64,000 nt of DNA from Amoebidium appalachense. Taxonomy: Eukaryota > Protista > Ichthyosporea. This document shows, piece by piece, positions 1-13,402 of the stretch. The translations under genes and the position numbers were made by a program. Location of the stretch: contig CAVNZM010000012.1 in the NCBI GenBank assembly GCA_963693365.1, positions 248,001-312,000 of the forward strand, in the 5' to 3' direction. Positions within the stretch are counted from its first letter, which is position 1; the number at the start of each line of letters is the position of its first letter. The notes under the pieces are model-generated. The model was given only the letters and a program-made list of their open reading frames with translations. It was not told where the DNA came from and did no database searches.

Positions 1-422
1 GCATGAAGCCTGCCTGTCCATCTAAAATGTCTGTCCTTTGCGTGTGCTTCATGTATGCCTGTGTGTACGTGAAAGTGTACATCGGCCTGCGCTGCGTGTG
101 TGCATGTGCACAAACATGAAGTGGCATGTGTAATTGTGTGTCTCTGGGTGTGTGGGTGTGAGCGTAGGCATGCGTGGGTGTGTGCACGTCTGTCTGTGTC
201 TGTATATGTTGGTTGGCGGGTGCATGTGTGTGCATGCACGTGTTTGTATCTGCGTGCACATGTGTATATGTGGTGTGTGTGTGCGTGCACGTGTGTGCAT
301 GTGTGTGTGTGAGTGTATGTGTGTGCGTGCACATGTGTGCATGTGGTGTGTATGTGTGTGCGTGTACGCATGTGTGAATGTAGAAGTGTGTGCATGTGTG
401 TGCACACATGTGTAGCACGTAC

Positions 423-1258
423 TCCTCCGTGACATAGACCCAGTAGTTAGCCTCCCGGGGGATGGTGCCCCATCCACTGCAGATGGCCCCCCCGCAGTAT
501 ATGTTTGGGGGCACATAGTTGCGCCTCTCCCCGTTGCAGCAGTAGCCTCGCTCCTTCATGATGCTCATGATCGCTGTGCAAATGACCACTTAGTTTCGAT
601 ACATAGGCATACCTGCACGCATGCGTATACAGGCACATACACACACGGGCATACAGACACAGTGACACACACACACGTAGACACCCGGGCACAGGCACAC
701 ACACACACACACACGCACACATCCACTCGCACACACCCCCACATCCACCTACTCAAGCATCCATCTACCACGTACCCCCCCCCCACCCCAGACCCCCCCC
801 ACCCCCCTCGCCGCCCACCCTCCCCACCTCCTCCTTCCCCCCCCCCCCCACCCACCCACCCACCCACCCACCCACCCACCCACCCACCCACAGAAACCCA
901 CACCCACCCACCCACCCACCCACCCAAACACGCACGTACCATCATCAAAATACTGCGCCATGTTGGTGCACAGTCTGTAGACCTTGTGTGTCTTCTTATT
1001 GAATAGCCACGCATTCTTAAACACTAGCCGGACATCGTAGCAGTAGCTCAGATGGTCGCTGTAGCCTCCTGCCTCCAATTTGCTTTTGATGGTCTGAAAA
1101 TCCATGGGCTCCTTGATCACCTTGGGGTAGTCCTGTGTTCCCCCCAGTCAGTTCATATTCACCTATCCAAGCTACCCCCCCCCCCCCCCCCCCCCAAACA
1201 CACACACGCACACCACCACCACCACCACCACCACACACACACAAAAGAAAAAAGAATC

Positions 1259-1290
<32 letters not shown>

Positions 1291-1902
1291 CCACACCCAC
1301 ACCCACACACAAAAAAAAAGAAAAGAAAGAAAGAAAAAAGAAAGAAAGAAAGAAAAGCAAGCAAAACCAAAAAGAAAAGAACTAAAATTACGGTCCTTGC
1401 CCAACCACATAGTCCATGCTCCATTTGCAAAAAAATACCCGGGAGCATCACAGTGCACGTGTCGGCACACATCATTGCAGGCAGGCAGGCAGTGGGCAAG
1501 GGAAATAGATAGGGAGGGCAGGGTGTTGGGCATGTGATCACGTGTGTGTGCATGGGTGCCAGTGTTTGCGCGTGAGGGCGCACGTGCCTTCCCACAGGTT
1601 TGCTTGCTTCAGTGTGGGTGTGTGCAGGTCTGTGTGTGTGCGCGCATGTGTTGTGTGTGTGTGTGTGTGTGTGTGTGCATGCGTGTGTGTGTGTGAGCTT
1701 GCTAAATTGCTTATGCATGCATGTTTTGTTTACAGACATTAACAGGCCAGAGTCCTCGGAGATGTGTGTGGGGATGATTGTGTGTATGGCTGCACGTGCA
1801 CCAATATGCATGTGGGTGGATGTAGGGTATGGCTAGGGTAATCACGTTCGTGCGCCCGTTTGGATGCAGGGACGTAGTTGTGCCCATAGGTGCTATGTGT
1901 GT

Positions 1903-1943
<41 letters not shown>

Positions 1944-1962
1944 TGTGTCTGTGTCTGTGTCT

Positions 1963-2023
<61 letters not shown>

Positions 2024-2046
2024 TGTGTGCGTGTGTCTGTGTGCGT

Positions 2047-2087
<41 letters not shown>

Positions 2088-2101
2088 GCTATGGGTGTGT
2101 T

Positions 2102-2162
<61 letters not shown>

Positions 2163-2176
2163 CGTATGTGCATGCC

Positions 2177-2234
<58 letters not shown>

Positions 2235-2446
2235 CATGCATGCACGTGCATGCACGTGCATGTCTGTGCATTTGCACGTGCACATATGCACGTGTGACTG
2301 CACACATACCGGGATGCCCAGGGCCACAGGGTCTACGGGCTCATTGAAAGGCCATGCATCGTCCTGGGCCATCATCTTCGTATGCAGCTCTAGAAGGTCA
2401 CCGGTCACCTGCAAAGATCATCTTAGATTCACTGCAGTACCTCAGG

Positions 2447-2490
<44 letters not shown>

Positions 2491-2738
2491 ATCTCCAAAG
2501 AGAATAATCTCCTTGAAAGTGCCCGTTCTGATGGATGGCTGTGCAAGTGCCTGTATCAACACAGAAGAAGCCCCGAGCACACAAACAAAAACACAACCAC
2601 ACGTGCACACTCACACTGACCGCACCCTTTCCCCCTCCCTCCTCCTCACCCTTCCCCCCCCAATCCCTCCCCCCTCCCCCCCACCACCCATCCCCCCCTC
2701 CCCTCCCCCCCTCCCCCTCCCCCTCCCTTCCCACCACG

Positions 2739-2776
<38 letters not shown>

Positions 2777-2859
2777 AACACACACACACACGCACACGCA
2801 CACGCACACGCACACGCACACGCACACGCACACGCACACGCACACGCACACGCACACGC

Positions 2860-2917
<58 letters not shown>

Positions 2918-3142
2918 ATACCTGTTCGGGGGTGTAACGTGGCTTGACCTCCTTCGGCCCCCTCTGTGAGTCTGAGGGAGACACGGGGGGTGCAGGGGAT
3001 GGGGGGGCCATGCGTTCTTTCTTGACAGACTCATCCTCCTCCTCCCCATCACGAGACAGGCTGATCTGCGGAATGGTTGGTTCCCCCTTGATGCTGATCG
3101 TGTCGGTTTCTGTGAACCACGTGCGTGAGAATTGTGGGCAAA

Positions 3143-3216
<74 letters not shown>

Positions 3217-3496
3217 TTTTTTGGGGGGGGGGGGCTGGTGGGTGCTAGATTTTTTCTGTAGAGGGGTTATGGAGGAACGAAAGGTGGGTGGGTGTATGTG
3301 TGGCGTGGTGTGAGGTTGACACTGAAGTTGAGTGTGGTGTGCCTGTGCATGCATGCAGGCATGCCCAGTAGCGTGAATGGGTCCCATTGTGTCTGCATTG
3401 GCGCATTAATAACCATTCATGGCCCACGTGTATATGTGTTTGCGTGTGCGCACACGTGTGTATGCGTGCATGTGTGTGCATATGTGTGTGTGTGTG

Positions 3497-3542
<46 letters not shown>

Positions 3543-3586
3543 CGCGCGCGCATATGTACGTGTGTTTGTGTGTGCATGCGCGTGTG

Positions 3587-3678
<92 letters not shown>

Positions 3679-3736
3679 TGTGTATGTGTGTGTGCGTGCG
3701 TGTGTGCGTGCGTGTGTATACGTGTGTACATGTGTG

Positions 3737-3773
<37 letters not shown>

Positions 3774-3987
3774 GTGTGTGTGTGTGCATGTGTGTGTGCA
3801 TGTGTGTGTGTGTGTGTGTACGTGTGTACATGTGTGTACGTGTGTGTGCATGTGTGTGTGTATACGTGTGTACATGTGTGTACATGTGTGTACATGTGTA
3901 TACGTGTGTGTGTGTGTGTGTATACGTGTGTACATGTGTGTACGTGTGTGTGTGCGTGTGTACGTGTGTGTGCATGTGTGTACGTGT

Positions 3988-4025
<38 letters not shown>

Positions 4026-5774
4026 ACGTGCATGGTCCCGCACGCACCTGACTGGTTATCCAGCCTCGGCCTCTTAGTAGGGGGGCTAGCAGGGCCACTA
4101 TTTGCCTGCAACTGAGCCATCTTCTTTGCCTGCAGCACCTGACTACAGTCAGCAAGCAGCCTCTTCTCCTGTGCCGTCAGTGTCTGCCCTGCCTGGTGCT
4201 TTTGTAGCACGGCCTTGAGCTGCCTAATTGTCTCCTTCATGCCCCCCCTTCCCTCCGTGGCCTCCAATGCCCCAACTTGTGGGCTGTTGATTCTGCCCTC
4301 CTCCCCACTGCCCTCCCCCGTCTCGGCTCCACTGCCCTCCCCTGCTGCACAACACGTGTCAGTCATGTGCACAAACACATTTTCAGGCAATATCGTCCTT
4401 TCATTCTTGGATGCCCCCCTCCTCTCCCCCCTCCCCCCGAACAGCAAAAAAAAAAAAGGAGTATTGCAAGTGTGATCCCCCTCCCCCCTCCCCCTCGGTG
4501 CCCCTTCCTAGTAAACCTCTTTCCTTCTTTCGCAGCAACAGGCACAAGAGGGGGTGGTGGTGGTGGGGGAAGGGGGGGGGGGGGGGGGGGGATGGGCATA
4601 CCGGGCTTGTGGTCCTTTGTGTTTGCCTTTTTCAGTTTGTAGATTTTCTCTGCCAGCAGGTGGTAGTATTCGTCCTGTGCCCATCGTGTGTTAGAGCCCA
4701 CAACACCTACAAACAAAAACCTTTGCCTCCCCCCCTACCCTCCCCCTCCCCCATCCCCCGTCGCCCACCACCCTAAAAGAAAAAAAAAAAATCAAAAACC
4801 AAATTTAAATAAACAAAGCTAAGACACACACACTCACATGTACACACACACGCACACACGCTCAAATAAGCACACAAACACCCACCTACAACCACACTAG
4901 TGCCCTCACACGCATGCCAACACGTAAAAGCTCGCAAACATGAACACACGCACCCCAGCTTACCTCCCCCCCCCCCCCCCCCCCCCCCCCCCACACACAC
5001 ACCAAAAAAAATAAATAATAATAATAAAAATAAATATAATAAACTTACAATCCATCTCTTCTCCCTTCAACCCCCCCCCCTCCCCCCCCCCCCATCCCCC
5101 CCAAAACCACAACACACCCACACAAACACCATCTGTTCTTCCCCATCCTATCCCATCCACCCCCCCCCCACCACCCCCCCCCCCCCCCCCCCCCACCCCC
5201 TACCTCACTGCTTGCATCCCCATAGACCTGCTGCTCGATCTTGTTTGCAATCTGCCGCAGCTGACTGGGTGACTTGGGCTCCGTCAAACACTCGTGCAGC
5301 GCATCCACCCTGCACGTGCACCGTCAGCACATGAAGGGGGGGGGGATAGTGTGTCGCAGAGCACGAAGCAAGCATTCACCGGGTGAAGGGGAAGGGAGGA
5401 TGGTTGGGGGCTGTGTGGGTGTGTTTGAAGAGGGGAGGGACGGTTGGAGGTTGAGAGGTAGGGGTGTTCGGGTGACGGGGGGCATTTCACGTCACTGCAA
5501 GGAAAACGAGAGGCCACGAACAAGGATGCATGCATACATGGTGGCTAAAAAGCACTGTGCGGCCAGATACGTAGTCTGTCCATTGTGTGTGACTAACTGT
5601 CCATTGTTGCACATGCACGTCCATGGCTTTCTCTCTCTTTCCCCCCCGTCCTCTCTCCCCCCCCCCCCCCCCCCCCCCCTCTCCTCATTCTTTTTTCTTT
5701 TGTGTGTGTGCGCGCACACGCGCGCCTGTGTGTGTGTGTGTGTGTGCGTGCGCGCACATGTGTGTGTATGCGCG

Positions 5775-5814
<40 letters not shown>

Positions 5815-5969
5815 TGTGTGAGTGAGTGAGTGAGTGAGTGAGTGAGTGAGTGAGTGAGTGAGTGAGTGAGTGAATGAGTGAGTGAGTCAGTGAGTGAGTG
5901 AGTGAGTGAGTGAGTGAGTGAGTGAGTGAGTGAGTGAGTGAGTGAGTGAGTGAGTGAGTGAGTGAGTGA

Positions 5970-6001
<32 letters not shown>

Positions 6002-7220
6002 TTTGGGGAGGGGGAGGCGGAACACGTACAGTTTCCGAACTAATCTTTGGCGGTGGGAATCATTCAACGTACTTCGCCAGTTGCCATCCTGTGAACCGAC
6101 AACCAACCTCTGTCAGGGGGCGGCACAGTAAGAATAGGAATAGAAGGAAAAAGATGGTGTGTGAGAGCTTGTTTCAACATCAAAGATCCAGCGGAGAGTG
6201 AGTGGGCGAAATGAAAACACAAGTAAATACATGTGGCCCCATGAATACACACACGGGCACGGCAATTACAACAGCACAAGCACAAACATTGATGGAATAT
6301 AGTGCGCACACGGACACAGGTGCTAGTGAATGGTGCAACAGGCCCGTGCATGCTGGGAGAACACACAGCACACATGCACAGGACTACTGTGCCCATGACA
6401 GTTGCTATCACAATATATTACCCAAAAGAGATTGGGGGAAAAAACGAGAAGGCACATCCACACAACGCCCAACGTCACATGTAAAACTAACAGGTATGCA
6501 GGATCCACTAAGCCATACTGACTGGACGGGGACAAAAAATACACCAGAAACGAAAAAGTGCACAAGTAAATGCATGCACACGCAACGACACAAGGACAGA
6601 CCTGCCCTGTACACACACGCAAACACAACACACAGGCAACACAGGCACACGTGAATATAGGTATCAAAACACACAACAGCACATGGGTACACATGTACAT
6701 GCGTGCACACGGAACACACACACGCGAACACAACTGCGCATGTACGTGACGGCGCAGACAAGACCACACACAAAGACACATGCACACGTCCATGTGAGCA
6801 CAAAGTTTAATCAAAGAAGCCACAAAGACACGTGCACACAGGCAAACACACTATCAAACACATGCCACATTCAACACAAACAGCACCGACTTACCCCAGG
6901 GCCGTTCTGGTGTGGCTCCTCCCCATTCTCTGCAACCCAGCCCATGTTATATTCCCACACACAGATAGCTCGCCGACACCAACAAACAAACTTAATGACA
7001 AGTGGCCTTTCTTCCTTCCAATTTGAGGTCCACACACACACAGGAGGGCAGATAGGTTCGAATGTAGGAATGGGAGATGGGGGAGGGGAAGGCAAAGGCG
7101 GAGAGGAGAACAAGGTTGGCGTGGTGATGGTTAGGCGGGGTAGGGGCAGGGGTGAGAGGATGTTACAAGAGGAATGGGTATGACTCAGATGAGGGCATGG
7201 GGGTGCCAGGCGGGGCGGAA

Positions 7221-7258
<38 letters not shown>

Positions 7259-7387
7259 AAGACACAAACACAAAGGCAACGACACACAGGCACAGGCACA
7301 CACAAACATGTTCTGACTCAAACACACAGGCAAAAGGCACACACACACATGCACATGCACCGCACACACACACACAGACACCAACAT

Positions 7388-7455
<68 letters not shown>

Positions 7456-9781
7456 ACCTGCATGTGGCTGGGGGGATACGGTGCCCTCTCTGGCCGTGCC
7501 GTTTGGTGTGCCTGCCATCATGTGGCCCAGACCCTCACTGGCTCCCTCACCACCCCCCGGCTGCGCATAGCACGTTAGCACCACTTGCAGCACACGTTCA
7601 ACACCCCCTCCTCTCCCCTACCCCCTCCCCCCATCACAACATTACCACCTGGCATAATAAGAGCTATACAGGGAAGACCCTCACAAATGTAATACTAGGC
7701 ATGGATACAACCGGGCCATGTGTGACGAGCAGTGCAAATGGGCAGGGGGCAAAAACGCTGTATGGCAAACTATGATGGAGGCACGGGCACTATACCTTCG
7801 CCACGCTCTCACTCTTGCGGATGGGGGAGCAAATGGCGCATGTTTGGTTTTCACATTTCCGGTAGTGGGAGATGATCTGACGGGAGGAGGCACAGTGCGG
7901 TATGTCGCACTGTTTGCCGGCCTGGCACTCTGCCATGTGCTTTAGCACATCCTTCATCAGTGTGCAGTACTCCCCACACCCGGGGGGCTCGATGGGGCAT
8001 TTGTGTGCGTGGATGAGCAAAAACAGCTGTTGCTGTATGGCGGCCCGATGTTTGCTCTGCGCCGGTGCAGGCGCCCCACCCTCCGATTGACTCCCCGGGC
8101 CGCCATCATCCCCACCCATGATATTGAAACTGAACGAGCTGTCTCTGCTCCTCACATCCTTCAGGTCCGACTCCCCCCTTCCCCCCGTGTGCACGGGGGA
8201 GCCATGTTGCGACTGCTGCTGGGTTTCACTGACGTCATCCTCGTACCCTCCTATGTCTGGTAACGCCTCGGCTAGACGCTGTGCCTCAACATCTGCAGCA
8301 AAAAAAAAAACATGTTAGAAATGGGCATATGGGCGAACATATGGTGTGGCTTGTTGGTTTTGTGCAAACAAAGCCACGCCACCATCACAGCAACCGTCAC
8401 TATAATGTCAGATATACTGCGCCCATGTTTCAAAAGCTCCCGTCAACTCTTGCCTACCTATAATTCCAACTCCCAAAGTGTCCCTCCCCCCACACTCCGC
8501 ATAGCCCTTCGCACCCATATCGAAAGCATCAATTCCCTCCCTCGTCCCCCCCCCCTCCCCCACCCTCCGCTCCCTCCCCCCCCCCCTTATCCTTCCCGTA
8601 CCCCAACAAGAGCAAACAAACACAACACACCAGATGTGTTACGCCTAACATTCCCACACTCACCTTCATTATCTCCGCTCTCCGTGTCTAATCTCGGTCT
8701 CTTCTCGTCCGGACTGGAAAAGCCGTCGGAATCCCGATCTGCAACAGGAATGGGTAGTTAGCAACACAACACCATATGCCTTTGAATGTCTGAACAAAAA
8801 TGTGCAGGAGGAAGGGTTGGCAAACGTTACAGTTCTGGTTTTCTGCACCTGGACGTGCTAGCACAAAGAGGGATGAAAGAGCAGGCAGCCCAACCACACA
8901 CTCAAGGGCAGAACAGGTGCAAGCTTCACAAGTCACTAAGCAGCCAAGGTAAATTCAGGTGTTCAAACCCAGGAGTGTGTCATTCGCGTGATGTACACAC
9001 ACGCGAGTGCTAGACATTAAAAAACCCATATGAACCCTGCAAATCTCTGCTAGCTACTCCCTACTGTGTTTCTCGTTGTTTGTAAAAAACCACCCGTCCC
9101 TAGCACCAACCAGCCCGATGATATCTGCCAACACCCAACCCTCCCCCCGTGTACCTACCGTGCTTCATGCTGCCTTGGTCGTCACAGCCACAGCAATCTG
9201 CACCCACCCGCGTGTTAGCTGACTGTTTACGGCAGTGCAAAAAGCAAAACAGGAATGCACATGCACAAAGCTTACGTCACAGGAACCACACCCAGGGGTA
9301 TTGGAACCACTACTGCAGTGCAGACTCTAAACAACCCCTACCACAAACATCGCTGAGCTATTGTAATCAGTATTAATTTCTTCTGCCCCTGTCCCCGTTG
9401 CAATACCTTTTGCCCACAGGACCTTTGTACCCTGCCAACAAACTCAGAAATGATGCAGTCTGTTCACCCCCAACACATGACGCTCAAACCGCGCCAACTA
9501 CTCTTATGCTAGGTCCCAGGAACTGATGCTAACTTCTTTTATTTCCAATACGCTGTGAGGGCTGTAGGACGTGGTAGGGGGCAAGGCAGACCTGTGGGTT
9601 GGGCAGGGCGGGGCCTCTCGCACGGTGCTTCAGTTTGACTGCATTGGGGTAAAAGAAAACGCAATACCTGCCAGCTACGGCTCACACAAACAGAGCCAAA
9701 AGGCGTCTAACCATACGTGCGTACAGCACCGTAACCTATTCCTATCCCAGTGGCTCTAGACCCACCTAAACATATGGTCAT
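423..9781 (-). CDS. CREBBP: CBP/p300-family histone acetyltransferase, 5' part (3'-partial, continues beyond the left edge)
   Basis: Phase-consistent GT-AG exons, 5' to 3': 9781-9766 (MTICL, tentative start), 8738-8664 ([11 protein letters not shown]-like), 8292-7796 (TAZ1: [14 protein letters not shown]...[15 protein letters not shown]...CAIC), 7560-7458, 6929-6895, 6088-6030 + 5309-5204 + 4674-4602 (KIX: [20 protein letters not shown]...[13 protein letters not shown]), ~4344-4048, 3109-2922, 2408-2310 + 1132-940 (bromodomain: [35 protein letters not shown]...NAWLFN), 573-423 (RING start: GYCCNG...TIPREANYW). The domain order is diagnostic of CBP/p300. CREBBP and EP300 cannot be told apart outside vertebrates. 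Confidence 0.95.
940..1132 (-). CDS. CREBBP: CBP/p300 exon encoding the C-terminal half of the bromodomain
   Basis: [55 protein letters not shown], including the acetyl-lysine-binding Asn. Confidence 0.95.
5815..5970. repeat. (GAGT)n tetranucleotide microsatellite in a CBP intron
   Basis: Near-perfect GAGT run visible directly. Confidence 0.95.
7796..8292 (-). CDS. CREBBP: CBP/p300 exon encoding the TAZ1 zinc finger
   Basis: Extends ORF 7790..8194. Three HCCC zinc sites. Acceptor TGCAG at 8297-8293, donor GTATAG at 7795. Confidence 0.95.
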
Positions 9782-12569
9782 GAGGACTAGGTGAAACTAA
9801 TGTTCGCAGAGGTAGGGTAATGCCCGTCCGGTGCGTTTCAGTTTTTCAATAACCGTAGCCGAGGCTCAAATTCCACAGCCAATTCGAACTGCATCACGAA
9901 ACCGGCACGAATGCGGGGCGTTTTGCACTCCTCCAGCAAGGTATGAACCGGTGGGACCTGCTTCACTGTAATGAAGAAAAATCAAATAGAATTTGAAAAC
10001 TAATTAAAGATATTTATATAATTTATTTAAATATATGATATTTATTAATTTTTTCGAGGGTTTACGCTTGTGAATTCTGGATATTACTTAGAGTAATATT
10101 AATTTGCTGAAGGGTATTGCAGAGTCTCACCGATTGGTTTAGTAGGCAACGAGGAAAAATATTATGCAATCAAACCCCTTTTTTCATTTTATATCTTACA
10201 TATGATTGAATATTACATTGCTGTGGGCTTACTGAAGCGCGGCAGTTTTTTGAATGCCGGTGGTTTTAGGTGGAATTCCTACAAGGGCCTGCAACTTCAA
10301 GTCACAACTGCTCAGTTTGTTCCCTCCGCCCAACTGCACTGTGTCGGCGTCCATGCAACAAGGTCGTCACACGGAAATAAGGTCCATGTGTATAGCAGTA
10401 AATAAACTGGTGGCCTGCCTAGTTGCCCCCTACCAAGTACACAGTGAAGCAGTATTTCATTGCGCCGCTTGGCTCTGTGTGCGGGCCCTCCCTAGACCTG
10501 TCTGACTTTTGTATCTTTTTTTATGCTCATTCACAGGGCGGGTCACCCCTTTTTCATCAACCTGTAGCAGCCACTTCACACACTAAAAAAGAGCAATATT
10601 CTTGGGCGTTCGCATGAGGTTGTGCGACAGATCTTTGCCAGAAAATATTTAGGCTGCCACGCTCAATGTGCATACTAGGTCTAGCCCCAATTCATACAAC
10701 AAGCGGGCTGTTCCCACCTATATTTCAGGGGAAACGACTAAAGTTTTGGCTGCTGTAATTAGCGGTAGGCAAACCTTTATGCGACTCGTAAAGAATCTAT
10801 ATTGACTGCAACACATAGTGCTAGAGTTCCTGCTACCTTTGTTGGTTTCAGAAATAACCCTGTCACTGCGGGCATCTGCCTCATGAATCTTGCAATGGAA
10901 AAAGTGAGTAACTGCTGTCTCTTTTTTGTGTTGAAACGGGCGAGTCCCCCTTCTCGTCCCCTTTTCACTCTGAAGGATACTGTTGATCTGGTTTTCTCTT
11001 CCGAAATCCTGGCAGCCCCAGCTACGCCCTACCACCTACTGAGGCAGTGTCTCCTTTCTTTCTTTTTTTTTTTTTTTTTCTTTTTGCTTAAAAGGGCCGC
11101 CTGAAGTAGATGTATAACGACGCACGTGCGGCAACACGTCAGTACGTGTTAGAGCTACGCCCCTATTCCCCAGCTCTTGCCAAATTCTGTCCTCAACTGG
11201 AGAACCCCAACTCAATAGACACAACTCTACACTCACACAACTCTTCATATACACAACCTGTCTGTTTGGTGGTTTCTTCTTTACTGTCTCCCTTGCTGCC
11301 TTTATCTCTTTCTCCTTTCCCTCCCCCCCCTCCCCCCTCCCCCCCCCCCCCCCCCCCCCCCCCGCTCTTCCCTTGCCTGTCTCTCTCTCTCTCCCCCTCC
11401 CCTCCCCCCCTCCCCCCTCCCCCCCCCCTCCCTCTCTCTCACTCCCCCTTCCCCGGCTCTCCCCCCACCGCTCTCGCTGATCTCTCTGTCTCTATCTTCC
11501 TTCTAAAGTACTTTTCTTTCCCCGCGTGGCTTGCTGTCTCAGATTTCCCCTTGTTTGTTGTTGACTCAAGGACCACTATTTTGCACGTTAATCATCTTAC
11601 CCTATTGCTGCACTCAAAGGCCTCTCGATCGGTTTGCCTCCTGTACATGTATTACCCTTGTCACGGCCCAACTTTCTTATCATAAGCAGAGCATTTGAAT
11701 AGCATGCTCCTTTAAAGCCTTGCCTTGCCCAATTTCTCAATGTGTAGCATGTGTGAAGGTCAAGTGGGAAAAATGGAACTTTCCCTGCAAAAGGTGCCCA
11801 CACCCAATAATCCGTACAGGGCAGATCAGGACCGAATTTACCTCACTCGCACCGCACACAGCCACACACACTACAAACAAATCGCAGTCTTTTGTGAACT
11901 CAGTCTGATAAGCATTAGCTGTTTCCTTCAGGTACCCCAACACACGTAGAGCCTTGCTGTACGTGTAGATACCGCTCAAACCATCCCGTCCGTTATTGGT
12001 TACTCAAATATGAAAAGGAAACCCTTGATTATGACCCACCGCAGCGTGGCACCACCTCAAATGGGTGCCTGCAATTGGAACCGGAGTACGTGTCCACACT
12101 CGCATGGGCAGCCTTTGACACCCACATAAAAACGGGTGTCCCAACTGCTTCACCTAGTCAGGCGATAATTTTACAGTGTGTAGCATGTACCTATGGTGAC
12201 GTGTGAAGTAATGCTGGTTTAGCTTGGAAACAGCCTGTGTAAGCTGTGTAAGCTGAACCTGTGAGAGAGAGAGAGAGGTGCAGCGTGTCAAGCTCCAGCC
12301 TTCCCTCTCCACGAACGTTATATTAGACTAGCCTGTACCGCCCGGCCCTCCAAGCCGGCCTTATACACCGCACTATTGCAGTGAGAAACGAAGGTAGAAG
12401 AGAAAGAAAAAATATGAAATGAAAACAAAGAAACAAAGAAAAAAAAAGGAAAAACAGGAAATACTGAGAACGAAAACCAAAACGTAGTGCTCACGGTATT
12501 GCAAATATAGTGCATCGACCCCAACCATATCGCGCACGACCAGCTTATCCACAGTGCGCGGGATACCTA

Positions 12570-13235
12570 TGGCCATTTCCAGGGGGGGGGGGGCGTTATT
12601 TTCATTCTGCCTGCAGGCTCCGGATCCGGCCGCGGCCCGAGGCTGCCGAAATTTGAGTCGATGAAACCAGAAAGTTTCATAAATATTATTTTGAATATAA
12701 TAATCGTAACAACAGAATAAAAAGTAATCTTCTAAAAAAACAATGGGATAGGCAAGTAGCGCTTGAGCGATGTGACCGTTGTCAACGGCAGAGACTGAGC
12801 TTGATATTTGAATCTTGAGTTGAGATAAGCCGCTTATATCTTGGGACACAAAACTATGAACAAAACGTATTTTTGGGATACTCTTAGGAAACATTAAGTG
12901 TAATATTTGGTATAAATATTTTGGGATAGCGTTACACGCCCTCGTTGAAGTTGTAAATGTATCCAGAGAACCCAGGGGTTGCCATTGCAAGGAAATCGTT
13001 ATATTTAGATATCGCAGAATGACAATATGACCCATAAGACAAAGAAGATAAATTTGAGATCTTTGAGGATGATACCCAAAACGTTTTCCGGGATACATTT
13101 ATCTGCATCACCACGGTCGCGCGCGCGTGTGGAAAGTCTGTCAAAAGCATACCTGATCTTTAGTCAATCATCGAATTTTCTAAGAGTTGATAGTATATTT
13201 ATTTGTTTAATACAAAAAGTACTCTGAACTGGCCA
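12570..13235. mobile_element. Possible degraded non-autonomous DNA element (AT-rich, imperfect terminal inverted repeats)
   Basis: Left end TGGCCATTTC, reverse complement of right end TGGCCAGTTC. AT-rich interior unlike the flanks. No clear TSD. Confidence 0.25.
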
Positions 13236-13354
13236 ATCGCTGCAGGTTAGAATACGATGCACTTGAAGGCATCTTTGAGTACCAAAATATGTAGCCTGGC
13301 AGCGCGTGCGGGCAATGCAAAATATACTACTGCTAGCTGGAACGTTGCCTCGGC

Positions 13355-13402
13355 TGATGACGTCATGATGCTGTGCGGGCCAATCAAATTGCTTCCCGCC
13401 AA
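13355..13402 (+). promoter_or_regulatory. DDX11 proximal promoter motifs: CRE, CCAAT box and E2F-like site
   Basis: TGACGTCA 13358-13365, CCAAT 13380-13384, TTCCCGCCAA 13393-13402, all 220-265 bp upstream of the ATG at 13622. Confidence 0.5.

Noticed and set aside
12373-13098. 241-aa non-repetitive minus-strand ORF
   Set aside because: No recognisable domain, non-ATG start, and a composition that follows the AT-rich strand bias. Probably chance within a putative insert.
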